From Nitrososphaerota archaeon (GTDB lineage Archaea; Thermoproteota; Nitrososphaeria_A; Caldarchaeales; Calditenuaceae), in NCBI GenBank assembly GCA_038845265.1, contig JAWBQR010000009.1, positions 1 through 55,890 on the forward strand: a stretch of 55,890 bases of DNA, written 5' to 3'. The notes beneath the pieces are model-generated. The model did no database searches. It was not told where the DNA came from and saw only the letters and a list, made by a program, of their open reading frames with translations. Positions 1 to 9,888 of this stretch are shown here, piece by piece. Positions within the stretch are counted from its first letter, which is position 1, and every line of letters starts with the position of its first letter. The translations under genes were made by a program, and so were the position numbers.

Positions 1-790
1 AATTTTCTTGAGTACTCTTAAGAATCACGCCTTCCAAAGAAAGGACAAGTGCATTCTTAACATCAAATACACCCGACCTCAATAATGGGCTCCCCATCTT
101 ACTATGGATTAATTGTTCGACCTCTACGCCTCCTGCAGCCGGGTTAAAATGAGGCATCACTAGAAGCTTCATGTTACCTCTCCTGCCATAGCTTTTAACC
201 AACTCGCCATACCCCGGCCTAGTTTCTAGGGCATCGTACAGACGCGACCTCCTACTCTTCATAAATAAATAGACACGCTGCCTAGTGGGCAGATCATCCT
301 CAACCAGCCTTAAGACAGGATGTGTATGTCCAATAATAATCAAGTCTCTCGAAAGCGCCTCAGGATGCGGCCAGGTGTGTCCATGAAGAAGCCACTTATC
401 ACCGATGCCAAAACCCCTACTCGGCATTATTGACGCAAAGCTCTCAGTAAGCGAGTAAATACCGACATCATGATTACCAGGAGCAATAATAAGCTCCTCG
501 ACCAGAGGTCTCACCTCCATTACAAACTCTCTTACCTGCCTAGCCTCCCTCCAGCTAACACCGACTATCCTATGCTTAACATCGCCAAGCAAGACCAAAC
601 TAACAGGACCAAAATTATTCAATAACCCCTTAACGCTTTCAAGGATGGATGGAAGCATAGAGGGCAGATGAATACCCCTGTCCCTACCCTCATCCTCTAT
701 ACCCAGATGGAGATCAGAAAGAACCAAATATCTTCTCCCACCCTCCTCTACAATCAGTCCCGGCGAACCATCAATCCACCTAACAGACAA
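1..790 (-). CDS. Metallophosphoesterase (calcineurin-like, COG1407-type), 3'-partial at window edge
   Basis: Not in ORF track because it has no stop in the window. Manual translation from TTG at 790 gives MSVRWIDGSPG... with motifs SDLHLG, LGDVKH, PGNHD, HGH, GHTHP; frame stays open to base 1. Confidence 0.85.
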   Translation of the reverse strand, partial: MSVRWIDGSPGLIVEEGGRRYLVLSDLHLGIEDEGRDRGIHLPSMLPSILESVKGLLNNFGPVSLVLLGDVKHRIVGVSWREARQVREFVMEVRPLVEELIIAPGNHDVGIYSLTESFASIMPSRGFGIGDKWLLHGHTWPHPEALSRDLIIIGHTHPVLRLVEDDLPTRQRVYLFMKSRRSRLYDALETRPGYGELVKSYGRRGNMKLLVMPHFNPAAGGVEVEQLIHSKMGSPLLRSGVFDVKNALVLSLEGVILKSTQEN

Positions 791-896
791 ACCCAGAAAA
801 TATTGGGGCCACTAAATTTTAAGTTCAACTTTTTACAAGATTAAGTTTTGATAAATAAGGTTTTTCTATTCCTAATCTTCAATATCAGTGAGAATC

Positions 897-1640
897 ATGA
901 GGATTAGTAAGCTGGTTTATATGATTGGTGATGGAGGCCGTGGGCTTTCTCATGACCTTGATTGCTGTGTTTATGTTGTTGATTGTAATGGTTCTTTTGT
1001 AGTTATTGATAGTGGCGTGGGGCTGGGTAATGAATTGCTTGTCAATAATCTGAGGGAGGACGGCATAAGTCTGGATAAGCTTAGATACTTGGTTGTGACT
1101 CATGCGCATTCTGATCATGCTTGTGGTGCTAGGTTTTTCCAGGAGAATTTTCAGGTAGAGGTGATTGCTCCTACCAGGGAGGCTGAGTTGCTCAGCAGTG
1201 GTTCCGATGCCGAGCTTGGACTAGATATGGCGCGTGGCCCCATATATCCACCTGACTTTAGATATATTCATTGTAAGCCTGATAGGGTCGTGAATGATGG
1301 TGAGGAACTCAGGGTCGGAGATAGGGTCTTTAGATTCATCCAAGTGCCTGGGCACTCTCAGGGAATAGTGTGTGTCTTTGAAAAAAATGAAAAAATCCTC
1401 TTCTCGAGCGACGTTGTTTTTCATGGGGGGACGATTGGGCTTGGTAATTGGGAGGGATGTGAATTATCAGAGTATCGGAGAAATATTGGTAAGCTTTCGG
1501 GGCTTGGAGTTGAGCAGTTGTTTCCGGGTCATTTCTTATTTGTTCTCCGGGGAGGCCAGAGACATCTGGACGTGGCGATTAATAATCTTAAGAATCCATG
1601 GGTCCCTCCAGCCTGGCTACATAGACATCCACATCTATAA
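897..1640 (+). CDS. Metallo-beta-lactamase-fold hydrolase (possible lactonase/glyoxalase II-like)
   Basis: THAHSDH (HxHxDH), PGHS, SSD and PGH metal-ligand motifs; ORF track starts at 888, ATG at 897. Confidence 0.85.
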   Translation: MRISKLVYMIGDGGRGLSHDLDCCVYVVDCNGSFVVIDSGVGLGNELLVNNLREDGISLDKLRYLVVTHAHSDHACGARFFQENFQVEVIAPTREAELLSSGSDAELGLDMARGPIYPPDFRYIHCKPDRVVNDGEELRVGDRVFRFIQVPGHSQGIVCVFEKNEKILFSSDVVFHGGTIGLGNWEGCELSEYRRNIGKLSGLGVEQLFPGHFLFVLRGGQRHLDVAINNLKNPWVPPAWLHRHPHL

Positions 1641-1661
1641 CAATTCTTATGACGCGCTACT

Positions 1662-2777
1662 TTAGCTCTTCTTTACTTCCTCTAACTTTTCTGGCAGATA
1701 GTTCGTGACGATGTATTCTAGACTATATCTGCTTAGGGCCTCGAGCTCTGCTTTTCTCTGAATTTTCTTGAAGTATGAGATCTCGCGTTTCCATGGGTCT
1801 ACTGCATATCGTGGGTCCTTCTCTAGCTCTGCTAATCTTCTTGTATCCTCATCGTTTAACCTCATCGCTGGGAGTTTGTATTTAGTTATGTCCGTGGCCC
1901 ATAATCCTGTCCAGTAAGCGTCTGGCGTCGTCAACTCTTTTACATGCGCAGCCAATGCTGAGCCATAGATCAATACATTTGCGATATGGACTCCCCAGGG
2001 GTCCGCGTCCGTGAAGATGTAGACTGGGAGTCTCAGTTCGTGGTTTAGTCTTCTTATGAATCTTCGGGTCGCCCTAGGTGCTTGCCCGGCTGTGTGGACA
2101 ATTATTGCCTTGAAAGTCTTGCTTACACCCTCTTCTAAGAATCTTTGATACACAGCTCCTTTCTCCACTACGAATACTTGCTTCGCGTCGCATTTGATGA
2201 ATCTTGCTGTAGCCATGGCTGGTCCGATCATTGCACCGTCCGGTATTGTAGTCAGATCTAATTTACTACCTTCATAGCCTGGAACGTTGTATTGCACAAC
2301 CAATGGTCCGAAGACGCTTGAACGCTCCTCGGGATATATGTTGAAATCTTCTCTTATCACTCCGAGAATTGATTCAAGCTCAGTCACCACGTTATCGCTT
2401 TCATTTTGGTCCTCAAAATCAATTCCGAATCCAAGTGCGTTATAGAAGGCGTCTCTAAGAGTTGATGTTTTTTTTCTCTCGACAAGTTGTTTAGAGAATA
2501 GCGCCATCCATAAAAGTTGTGTGAGTGGTCTAAGGTGCTTTACATTTCTCGCAGTTCTTGTCACTACCTTCGGGCCGAGAACATATTGCCTCAGATCAGC
2601 GTCATACACTATATTGGACGTAGTGCGTGCAGGCAGCTTAATCTCAGGCAGCTCCTTCATGGAGAGCTGTTCTACAACCCGATGTCCAAGCTGTTTCAGT
2701 TTATTTAACACTATCTCCCTAGTAGCAGTTATATCGAATTCTTCTCTCTTCGTTTCTGTTTTTTTCGTCTTGACCAT
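1662..2777 (-). CDS. top6A: DNA topoisomerase VI subunit A (Spo11 family)
   Basis: TLRDAFY catalytic-Tyr helix, Toprim VVEK and DADPWG, C-terminal KAELEAL. Confidence 0.93.
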   Translation of the reverse strand: MVKTKKTETKREEFDITATREIVLNKLKQLGHRVVEQLSMKELPEIKLPARTTSNIVYDADLRQYVLGPKVVTRTARNVKHLRPLTQLLWMALFSKQLVERKKTSTLRDAFYNALGFGIDFEDQNESDNVVTELESILGVIREDFNIYPEERSSVFGPLVVQYNVPGYEGSKLDLTTIPDGAMIGPAMATARFIKCDAKQVFVVEKGAVYQRFLEEGVSKTFKAIIVHTAGQAPRATRRFIRRLNHELRLPVYIFTDADPWGVHIANVLIYGSALAAHVKELTTPDAYWTGLWATDITKYKLPAMRLNDEDTRRLAELEKDPRYAVDPWKREISYFKKIQRKAELEALSRYSLEYIVTNYLPEKLEEVKKS

Positions 2778-2886
2778 TCCTTAGTATTATCATGAACGGA
2801 ATTTTAAATAGTTGTATTATCACTTATCGGTATGCTATTTTATTTTTGTATGAAAATTTAAATAGATTTTGCCGAATTTTACTAGC

Positions 2887-3930
2887 ATGGTTTGCCGGAT
2901 TTCTACTGAGTGGAAATACAGAGAAATGAGGACGCTCATACTTGAGAATTCGCTGATTAGGCTCGTTGTTCTGCTGGATAAGGGTGGCGATATTATAGAA
3001 TTTTTGTATAAACCCTTGGATTTGGATTTTATGTGGCATTCACCGATCGGTTGGAGGAATCCTATGATGGGTGCTCTTCCAGATCCAAATACCACGGGTG
3101 AGTTCATGGATTATTATGGTGGTGGATGGCAAGATATTGTCCCCTCTGCTGGAGGGAGAAACGTAATTCATAGAGGGGCAGAATTAGGAGTTCATGGTGA
3201 ATCTTCAATGCTTCCCTGGATGTGTGAAGTTGTAAAGGAAAGCAAAGACGAGGTATCTGCTCACCTCTTTGTCGAGGGGGTCAGGTATCCTTTTAGGCTT
3301 GATAGATTAATCACTATGAGGAAGGATGAGGAAAAAATTTTCTTCAAAGAAAGATTGACTAATCCCAGTAGACAGACACTTGAGTACTCATGGCTGCAGC
3401 ATCCTGCATTTGGAGAGCCTTTCCTAGAGCCTGGCTGTAGAGTAATGATACCTACTCCTGCTACTGTGATCGTTGAGGAGGGAGAGCCCTACGGTAGACT
3501 AAAGCCAGGTACTTATGAGTGGCCAATGGTCCTTTCTAAGAATGGAAATCTTATAGACCTAAGCGTGATTCCGTCAAGAGATATCGTTGCCGATGAAACA
3601 TCATTTATAGCGAATCTAAGGGAGGGCTGGTACATTCTCTCTAATCCGGGGCTTAGAATAGGCTTTGGACTTGCTTGGGATGTACAGGTATATCGATACA
3701 TATGGTTTTGGCAGAACTATAATCTACCCGACTATCCTTGGTATGGAATGGCTTGGAACGTTGCGCTTGAGCCATGCACAAGCTATCCAGGTGGTCTTCC
3801 AACACAGGTAGAGCGAAAGACACACTTGTCCCTACCGCCAGGAGGTTCTATCGAAGTCACTCTAACTGCATTTGTCCTTAGAAATCCAGAAAAAGTAAGT
3901 AAAATAAAACCAAGCGGAGAAGTAGAATAA
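2887..3930 (+). CDS. Aldose 1-epimerase/galactose mutarotase-like protein (DUF4432-like)
   Basis: GGWQDIVP, HGE, QHPAFG and ALEPCTS motifs typical of the mutarotase-like beta-sandwich family. Confidence 0.75.
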   Translation: MVCRISTEWKYREMRTLILENSLIRLVVLLDKGGDIIEFLYKPLDLDFMWHSPIGWRNPMMGALPDPNTTGEFMDYYGGGWQDIVPSAGGRNVIHRGAELGVHGESSMLPWMCEVVKESKDEVSAHLFVEGVRYPFRLDRLITMRKDEEKIFFKERLTNPSRQTLEYSWLQHPAFGEPFLEPGCRVMIPTPATVIVEEGEPYGRLKPGTYEWPMVLSKNGNLIDLSVIPSRDIVADETSFIANLREGWYILSNPGLRIGFGLAWDVQVYRYIWFWQNYNLPDYPWYGMAWNVALEPCTSYPGGLPTQVERKTHLSLPPGGSIEVTLTAFVLRNPEKVSKIKPSGEVE

Positions 3931-3983
3931 CCAGAATAAATAAATCCATATATTTGGTCTTAATATTTTTTGAGTGATTAGCT

Positions 3984-5120
3984 ATGCCGTGGAGTGAGGG
4001 GCCATTTTTAAGATTTAGTAGATTAACAAAGCTGGCTGAGTCTAAGGGTCTCGACGGAATTATAATCTCTGGCAAGAAAGAAATATATTATTTTACTGGA
4101 TTTCTTAGTGGTAGACTTATACTGCCTACATATCTATTTTATCGGGTGGGAAAGGAGCCAATCCTTCTTACAGGAGCTACTGATAGAGCACTTGCAGAGC
4201 AATCGTTCGGCGGCGAGATAGTTACTTATGATAACTATAGGCTAGACAGCAGAATGGTTGCGTATCCCGGATTTGTTGCTAACGAGGCTAAGACACTCAT
4301 CAAGGAATACATGAGTAATGCTGAGAAGATAGGTGCAGACAGCTGGAACCTACCATACTCATTATTTTTATCCATGAAGGGTGTACTTAACAAATTTAAG
4401 ATTATTGACATCTCGGAGGATATTCTCTACATGAGGACAGTTAAGGACTCGGATGAGATAGAGTTGATCAAGACTAGCTGTGCATTGAATGATCATGGAT
4501 ATGCTCTCGCTAAAGTATTGACAGTTCCGGGAAAGAGGGAGGTCGATATATACAGCGAGGTTCATCAGGAACTATGCAAGAAAGTAGGTACCTTCCAGTA
4601 TTCTGCTGGTGATTATGTATCCGGGGAGCGGTCATTATACATTGGGGGTCCTCCCACGGATAAGGTTCTGAAGCGTGGTGAGACCTTCATAATCGATCTA
4701 TGGGTTATCTTTAGGGAGTATTGGTCAGATACCTGTAGGACATTTGTTGTTGGCGGTGAGCCGACGGATAAGCAGTTAAAGATTCATTCAGTGGTGAGGA
4801 AGGCTCTTGAGACTGGAATGAATATGCTGAGACCGGGGGTCAGCGGCTCGGAAATCTACAAGGCCATCTATAGGACTTTTAAGGATGCTGGGTACGGTGA
4901 TTTCTTCCCGCATCATGCTGGGCACGGGATAGGACTCGACGGACAGGAGCCTCCATTCTTCATTCCAGCCTCTACTGACGTCCTCAAGCCAAACATGACA
5001 GTCACTCTAGAGCCTGGACTATACGTCCCCGAGATAAAGGGCGGAATAAGACTTGAAAAAAACTTCCTAGTAACAAATGAGGGGCCAGTAGAATTAACAA
5101 AATTCCCCCTGGACTTATAA
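3984..5120 (+). CDS. M24 family metallopeptidase (Xaa-Pro peptidase-like)
   Basis: Creatinase-type N-domain, D..YWSDTCRT, HHAGHGIG, EPG, GIRLE metal ligands. Confidence 0.88.
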   Translation: MPWSEGPFLRFSRLTKLAESKGLDGIIISGKKEIYYFTGFLSGRLILPTYLFYRVGKEPILLTGATDRALAEQSFGGEIVTYDNYRLDSRMVAYPGFVANEAKTLIKEYMSNAEKIGADSWNLPYSLFLSMKGVLNKFKIIDISEDILYMRTVKDSDEIELIKTSCALNDHGYALAKVLTVPGKREVDIYSEVHQELCKKVGTFQYSAGDYVSGERSLYIGGPPTDKVLKRGETFIIDLWVIFREYWSDTCRTFVVGGEPTDKQLKIHSVVRKALETGMNMLRPGVSGSEIYKAIYRTFKDAGYGDFFPHHAGHGIGLDGQEPPFFIPASTDVLKPNMTVTLEPGLYVPEIKGGIRLEKNFLVTNEGPVELTKFPLDL

Positions 5121-5132
5121 GTAAATAGTTTT

Positions 5133-7175
5133 TTATGCTTTCTTGGCTGCTTCTAGTTCCTTTGCGAGTGCCTCGTATGCGGCCTTGATCTCCTCTACAG
5201 CGCTTTCATCCTCCAGCGTGGTTATGTCTCCGACAGGCTTGCCTAGTGCTAAGGCCTTCACGACTCGTCTCATAATCTTACCACTCCTTGTCTTCGGAAG
5301 TCTACTCACCACGAATATATTCTTCGGATCAGCTATGGGGCCAATTTTTTCCCTGATCCATTTCTTTAACTCTGACTGAATGTTTGGTCCCGGATTTATT
5401 CCTGTCTTCAAGACAACGTAGGCTATCGGTACCTCGCCCTTAATTTCATCAGGTACGCCTACAACGGCTGCCTCTGCTACATATGGATGCGCAACCAAGG
5501 TAGACTCAAGTTCATATGTGCCAATTCTGTGACCAGCAACTTTTAGAACCTCGTCAGACCTCCCCAGAACCCATATGTATCCATCGTTGTCCCTTATAGC
5601 ATAGTCGCCAGTAAAGAAGTACCCAAACCTTGAGAAGTAGACTTCATTGTATCTCTCAGGCTCTCCCCACATCCCAGTCGGCGGAGCCGGCATTCCAGGC
5701 CAAGGCTTCTTTATTACTAGGTAGCCCTTCACACCGCTCTTAACAGGCTTGCCCTCTTCATCTAATATCTCTGGCTCAATGCCTGGAATTGGTGGACCAT
5801 TAGTTCCGGCTTTAAGCGGGACAAGCTTAAGTCCGGGTGTATGAGATATCAGTATACCTCCAGTCTCGGTCATCCACCAAGTACTTCCTACTGGACATCT
5901 CCTATTCCCAATTACCTCAAACAGCCACCTCCAAGCAGACGGATTAATTGGCTCACCAACACTGTGAATCAACCTAATAGTCGAGAGGTCATGTTTCTTA
6001 ACATAGTCCGTGCTTAGCCTCATGAACGACCTGACCGCTGTCGGAGAGGTGTAGAAAATCGTGACGCCATGTCTTTCAATGATACTCCACCATCTATCAG
6101 GCTCTGGATAGTCGGGTGCGCCCTCATAAATTAATGTCGTTGCACCACTTAACAACGGACCAAACACTACGTAAGAATGCCCAGTAACCCAGCCAACATC
6201 TGCTGTACACCAGTGAATATCATCATCCCTAATATCGAATACCCACTTCATCGTTGCGTGAAGAATAACAGCATACCCGCCAGTATCGCGGATAATTCCC
6301 TTTGGCTTACCGGTAGTCCCTGACGTATATATAACATAAAGTGTATCGTTGCTATCCATTTGTTCAGGCTCGACATACGTGTTAAAAGGCACATCCTTCA
6401 GTAGCTCGTCCAAGAAAACATCTCTATTACTGTCAACCGAGATATCTGTAAGTCCAAGCCTTCTAATTACGACTATCTTCTCTACTGTTTGGCAGTCTTG
6501 CACAGCCTTATCGGCAATGTCTTTTGTCCGAATTACGTTGCCACGTCTATAATACCCATCGGTCGTGAAGAGATACCTTGCCCCGAGGTCTTTAACCCTA
6601 GTTGCTAACGCATCCGCGCTAAATCCACTGAATACTTGGGTAAATATCACGCCAATTCTCGCCGCTGCCAGCATCAGTATAGGAAGCTCAGGAATCATAG
6701 GCATATACAGTGCAATCCGGTCCCCCTTCCTCAGTCCGAGTTTATTCTTCATCACAAAGGCTACCCTGTTAACAATCCTCCACAATTCATAGTATGTATA
6801 CGATCTTACCTCGAGTGGTTCATTGCTGCTCTTTGCTGGTTCTCCTTCCCAAATCATTGCAACTTTATTCTTTCTCCAATTCTTCACATGTCTATCTAGG
6901 CACAGATATGAGAGGTTTAGTTTTCCACCTATAAACCATTTGTATACGTTAGGGTACTCACCTGGCTCTAGAGTCTTTTCAAATGGTTTAAACCAATCTA
7001 ACTCCTTCGCCACACTGGCCCAGAAATCCTCGAATCTAGCAAGACTATCGGCATGCATCTTAAAGTATTCATCTACCGTACAGTTCTTATGCGCCCATTC
7101 ATTAAGAACTATCCGTTCTTCGAAGTCCAAGGTCTCTTTGAGAGATGGATTTTCACTCATGTTGAAAAAGCTCAT
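5133..7175 (-). CDS. acs: Acetyl-CoA synthetase (AMP-forming)
   Basis: YTSGTTGKPKG, ADVGWVTGHSY, TWWMTETG, LPKTRSGKIMRR; start may be ATG 7160. Confidence 0.93.
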   Translation of the reverse strand: MSFFNMSENPSLKETLDFEERIVLNEWAHKNCTVDEYFKMHADSLARFEDFWASVAKELDWFKPFEKTLEPGEYPNVYKWFIGGKLNLSYLCLDRHVKNWRKNKVAMIWEGEPAKSSNEPLEVRSYTYYELWRIVNRVAFVMKNKLGLRKGDRIALYMPMIPELPILMLAAARIGVIFTQVFSGFSADALATRVKDLGARYLFTTDGYYRRGNVIRTKDIADKAVQDCQTVEKIVVIRRLGLTDISVDSNRDVFLDELLKDVPFNTYVEPEQMDSNDTLYVIYTSGTTGKPKGIIRDTGGYAVILHATMKWVFDIRDDDIHWCTADVGWVTGHSYVVFGPLLSGATTLIYEGAPDYPEPDRWWSIIERHGVTIFYTSPTAVRSFMRLSTDYVKKHDLSTIRLIHSVGEPINPSAWRWLFEVIGNRRCPVGSTWWMTETGGILISHTPGLKLVPLKAGTNGPPIPGIEPEILDEEGKPVKSGVKGYLVIKKPWPGMPAPPTGMWGEPERYNEVYFSRFGYFFTGDYAIRDNDGYIWVLGRSDEVLKVAGHRIGTYELESTLVAHPYVAEAAVVGVPDEIKGEVPIAYVVLKTGINPGPNIQSELKKWIREKIGPIADPKNIFVVSRLPKTRSGKIMRRVVKALALGKPVGDITTLEDESAVEEIKAAYEALAKELEAAKKA

Positions 7176-7304
7176 TTACCGAATTAATAAATTTTTCCAA
7201 AAGATACATGATTATACAAACTAAAAGTTGCCTATTTTTAAAATATTTTTTACTATGTTGTTTCCAGTTAACAAGCTTAAGTACAGCATTATGATTTAGA
7301 AAAA

Positions 7305-8528
7305 GTGATGAAGAATTACTTAGCTATGTATCTACATCCATGGGACTTGATAGATGAGGGTCCAGAGGCCGTATTGAGCACAATGCACGAAATGGGATTG
7401 ACGCATATAAATTTGGCGACGAGCTATCACTGCGGTAGATATATACTTCCCCATAACCCAAATAAACTTATCTACTTTGCTGAAGAGGGAGTAGTTTACT
7501 TCACCCCAACTCCAGAATATTATAAAAAAACAAAATTAAGACCCAGGAGATCCCAAAAATATAGAGAATATGATGCATTAAAAATCGCTATAGACAACTC
7601 TAGGAACTATGGACTTAGTATAAACTCATGGACAGTCTGTTTGCACAACTATGAACATGTAAGGAGCAATCCCGACGTAGCTGTGAGAGACCCCCTCGGT
7701 AATATTGATGAGAACTTCATGTGTCCAAACAATCCTGACGCGAGAGAATATGTAAAGGGTCTTGTCTCAAATCTAGCCAGCAACTATGACCTAAACATGA
7801 TCCAACTGGAATCTGTGGCATTTCCATGGGGAGTCATGCATTTCGACCATCATGAAACATTTGGAACATATATAGACCCACTACTATCCTATCTATTCTC
7901 AACATGCTACTGCGATAACTGTGAAGAAAAGGCAAAGGAATATGGAATAAATTTCTCAGACATAAGAAAAAGAGCAAGAGAAATAATATCAAAAATAATT
8001 TCCTACCCAACTGAATTATTTATAAAGATTCCCGAGAGCGACGTAGCATCGAGACTCTACGAGTACTTAATACGTGATGACACCCTAAACAAACTACTTG
8101 AGTTTAAATCAACCACAAGTTCAGAGATAGTTCAAGAAATACGAGAAAATGTGAGATCGATTAACCCAAAGGTTAAGCTCAGCGTAATAACGGGGGCAAC
8201 AATGTGGATCAACGAGGGCTTCAATCTGAGAAAAATTAGCAAGATAGTAGATGCAATAGACTACATATGCTATTTCGAAAATCCATATAGAATAGAGAAT
8301 CATATTAGGATTTTAAGAGAAAATACTGAGGAAAAATGCTGGGTCATTCCTTCATTAAGAACAAACTATCCAATAATCTATACTAAAGATAATCTATATG
8401 CAAGCATAAACGCCGCAATAAATGCAGGCGCTGACGGAATATCTCTATATAACTACGGCTGGACGCCCAAAACAATTTTTTCATGGATCAAGACAGCAAT
8501 AGCCCAGATAAAACACTCCCTAGGTTAG
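7305..8528 (+). CDS. Uncharacterised glycoside-hydrolase-like TIM-barrel protein
   Basis: Alternating beta/alpha pattern, N-terminal YLHPWD...ATSYH, MCPNNP and CYCDNC Cys cluster, C-terminal GADGISLYNYG; sugar-catabolic context. Confidence 0.55.
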   Translation: MMKNYLAMYLHPWDLIDEGPEAVLSTMHEMGLTHINLATSYHCGRYILPHNPNKLIYFAEEGVVYFTPTPEYYKKTKLRPRRSQKYREYDALKIAIDNSRNYGLSINSWTVCLHNYEHVRSNPDVAVRDPLGNIDENFMCPNNPDAREYVKGLVSNLASNYDLNMIQLESVAFPWGVMHFDHHETFGTYIDPLLSYLFSTCYCDNCEEKAKEYGINFSDIRKRAREIISKIISYPTELFIKIPESDVASRLYEYLIRDDTLNKLLEFKSTTSSEIVQEIRENVRSINPKVKLSVITGATMWINEGFNLRKISKIVDAIDYICYFENPYRIENHIRILRENTEEKCWVIPSLRTNYPIIYTKDNLYASINAAINAGADGISLYNYGWTPKTIFSWIKTAIAQIKHSLG

Positions 8529-8529
8529 C

Positions 8530-9621
8530 CTAAATTATTGCTTTTTCTGATTTCTTATCAAATATATGTATCGCATCTTTATTTATAGTGATCCAGATTT
8601 TTTGACCAAAATTATAATGGATGACTCCTGGAACTACGGCCTTGTAAATTGCATCTCCAATCTTAAAGTTGACGATACTCTCGGTTCCAAGATTCTCTAC
8701 TGCAAATACCTCTGACTCAAAGCTATCCTCAGAAATCTTATCATTCGTAACCCTCAACTCATTTGGTCTAATGCCTAGTACGAGCTCAGACCCGCTGCTA
8801 TTATTCTTAATAATGTCAGCGATGGCCCTATCAATTGATATCTTGAAGTATCCACAATCAAGGATATTCTTGCCATTCGTCTTAAAACTACATTCAAAGA
8901 AGTTCATTGGAGGCGTACCGATGAATCCAGCAACAAACAAGTTTGCCGGCTTTTTGAATACCTCGATGGGTGAGCCAATCTGCATTACTTTGCCCCAATT
9001 CATTATTGCAACTCTGTCACCCATCGTCATTGCCTCTACTTGGTCATGCGTCACATAAATCGTTGTTATGCCTAGGTCTTTTTGAAGCCTAATCAGCTCA
9101 GCCCTCATGTATACCCTAAGCTTAGCGTCAATGTTCGATAAAGGCTCATCCAGAAGGAACAGCCTCGGCTCTCTAACAATAGCCCTTGCAAGAGCAACTC
9201 TTTGCCGCTCACCACCACTCATCTCGTAGGGCTTCTTATTCAAAAGATGCTGAATTCTAAGCATCTCCGCAACCTGCAACACCTTATTCCTAATCTCCTC
9301 CTTCGGATACTTCCTAACCTTAAGCGGAAATGCAATATTATCAAATGCATTTAAGTGTGGATAAAGAGCAAATGTCTGAAAAACCATTGCGACATCCCGC
9401 TTCTCAGGAGGAATATCATTAACAACTTGATCATCAAAATAAATATATCCAGAGGTCGGCTCCTCAAGACCCGCAATCATATTCAACGTAGTACTCTTAC
9501 CAGAGCCCGACGGTCCGAGAAAAACAAAAAACTCCTTATCCCTAATCTCCAAACTAACATTATCCACCGCAACCAAATCTCTAAACTTCTTAGTGAGGTT
9601 CTCCAATCTCACTACTACCAT
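8530..9621 (-). CDS. Sugar ABC transporter ATP-binding subunit (MalK/UgpC family)
   Basis: GPSGSGKST, MSGGERQRVALARA, LLDEPLSN, YVTHDQ, C-terminal TOBE region. Confidence 0.95.
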   Translation of the reverse strand: MVVVRLENLTKKFRDLVAVDNVSLEIRDKEFFVFLGPSGSGKSTTLNMIAGLEEPTSGYIYFDDQVVNDIPPEKRDVAMVFQTFALYPHLNAFDNIAFPLKVRKYPKEEIRNKVLQVAEMLRIQHLLNKKPYEMSGGERQRVALARAIVREPRLFLLDEPLSNIDAKLRVYMRAELIRLQKDLGITTIYVTHDQVEAMTMGDRVAIMNWGKVMQIGSPIEVFKKPANLFVAGFIGTPPMNFFECSFKTNGKNILDCGYFKISIDRAIADIIKNNSSGSELVLGIRPNELRVTNDKISEDSFESEVFAVENLGTESIVNFKIGDAIYKAVVPGVIHYNFGQKIWITINKDAIHIFDKKSEKAII

Positions 9622-9888
9622 TTAAACCTCTATTAAACACTTTAAACCCCTCTATATAAATCTGAGTCATGAGAAGTCGAATTTAATCTCTAACATCAAG
9701 ATTTTGCTAGACCTATGAATAGTTCTCTGTTTAGACTTTGAAATCTTAAGCTCTGATTCAGCCTCAAAAATTTTAGAGTTACAAAAACATCTTTCAGCCA
9801 CAAAAAATTTTCAGAATATAAATTGCGTTGGAGCATACATGGCTGTTAAATTTAAATATTCATCGAGCTTTGTTAATCATCGGTCGGT

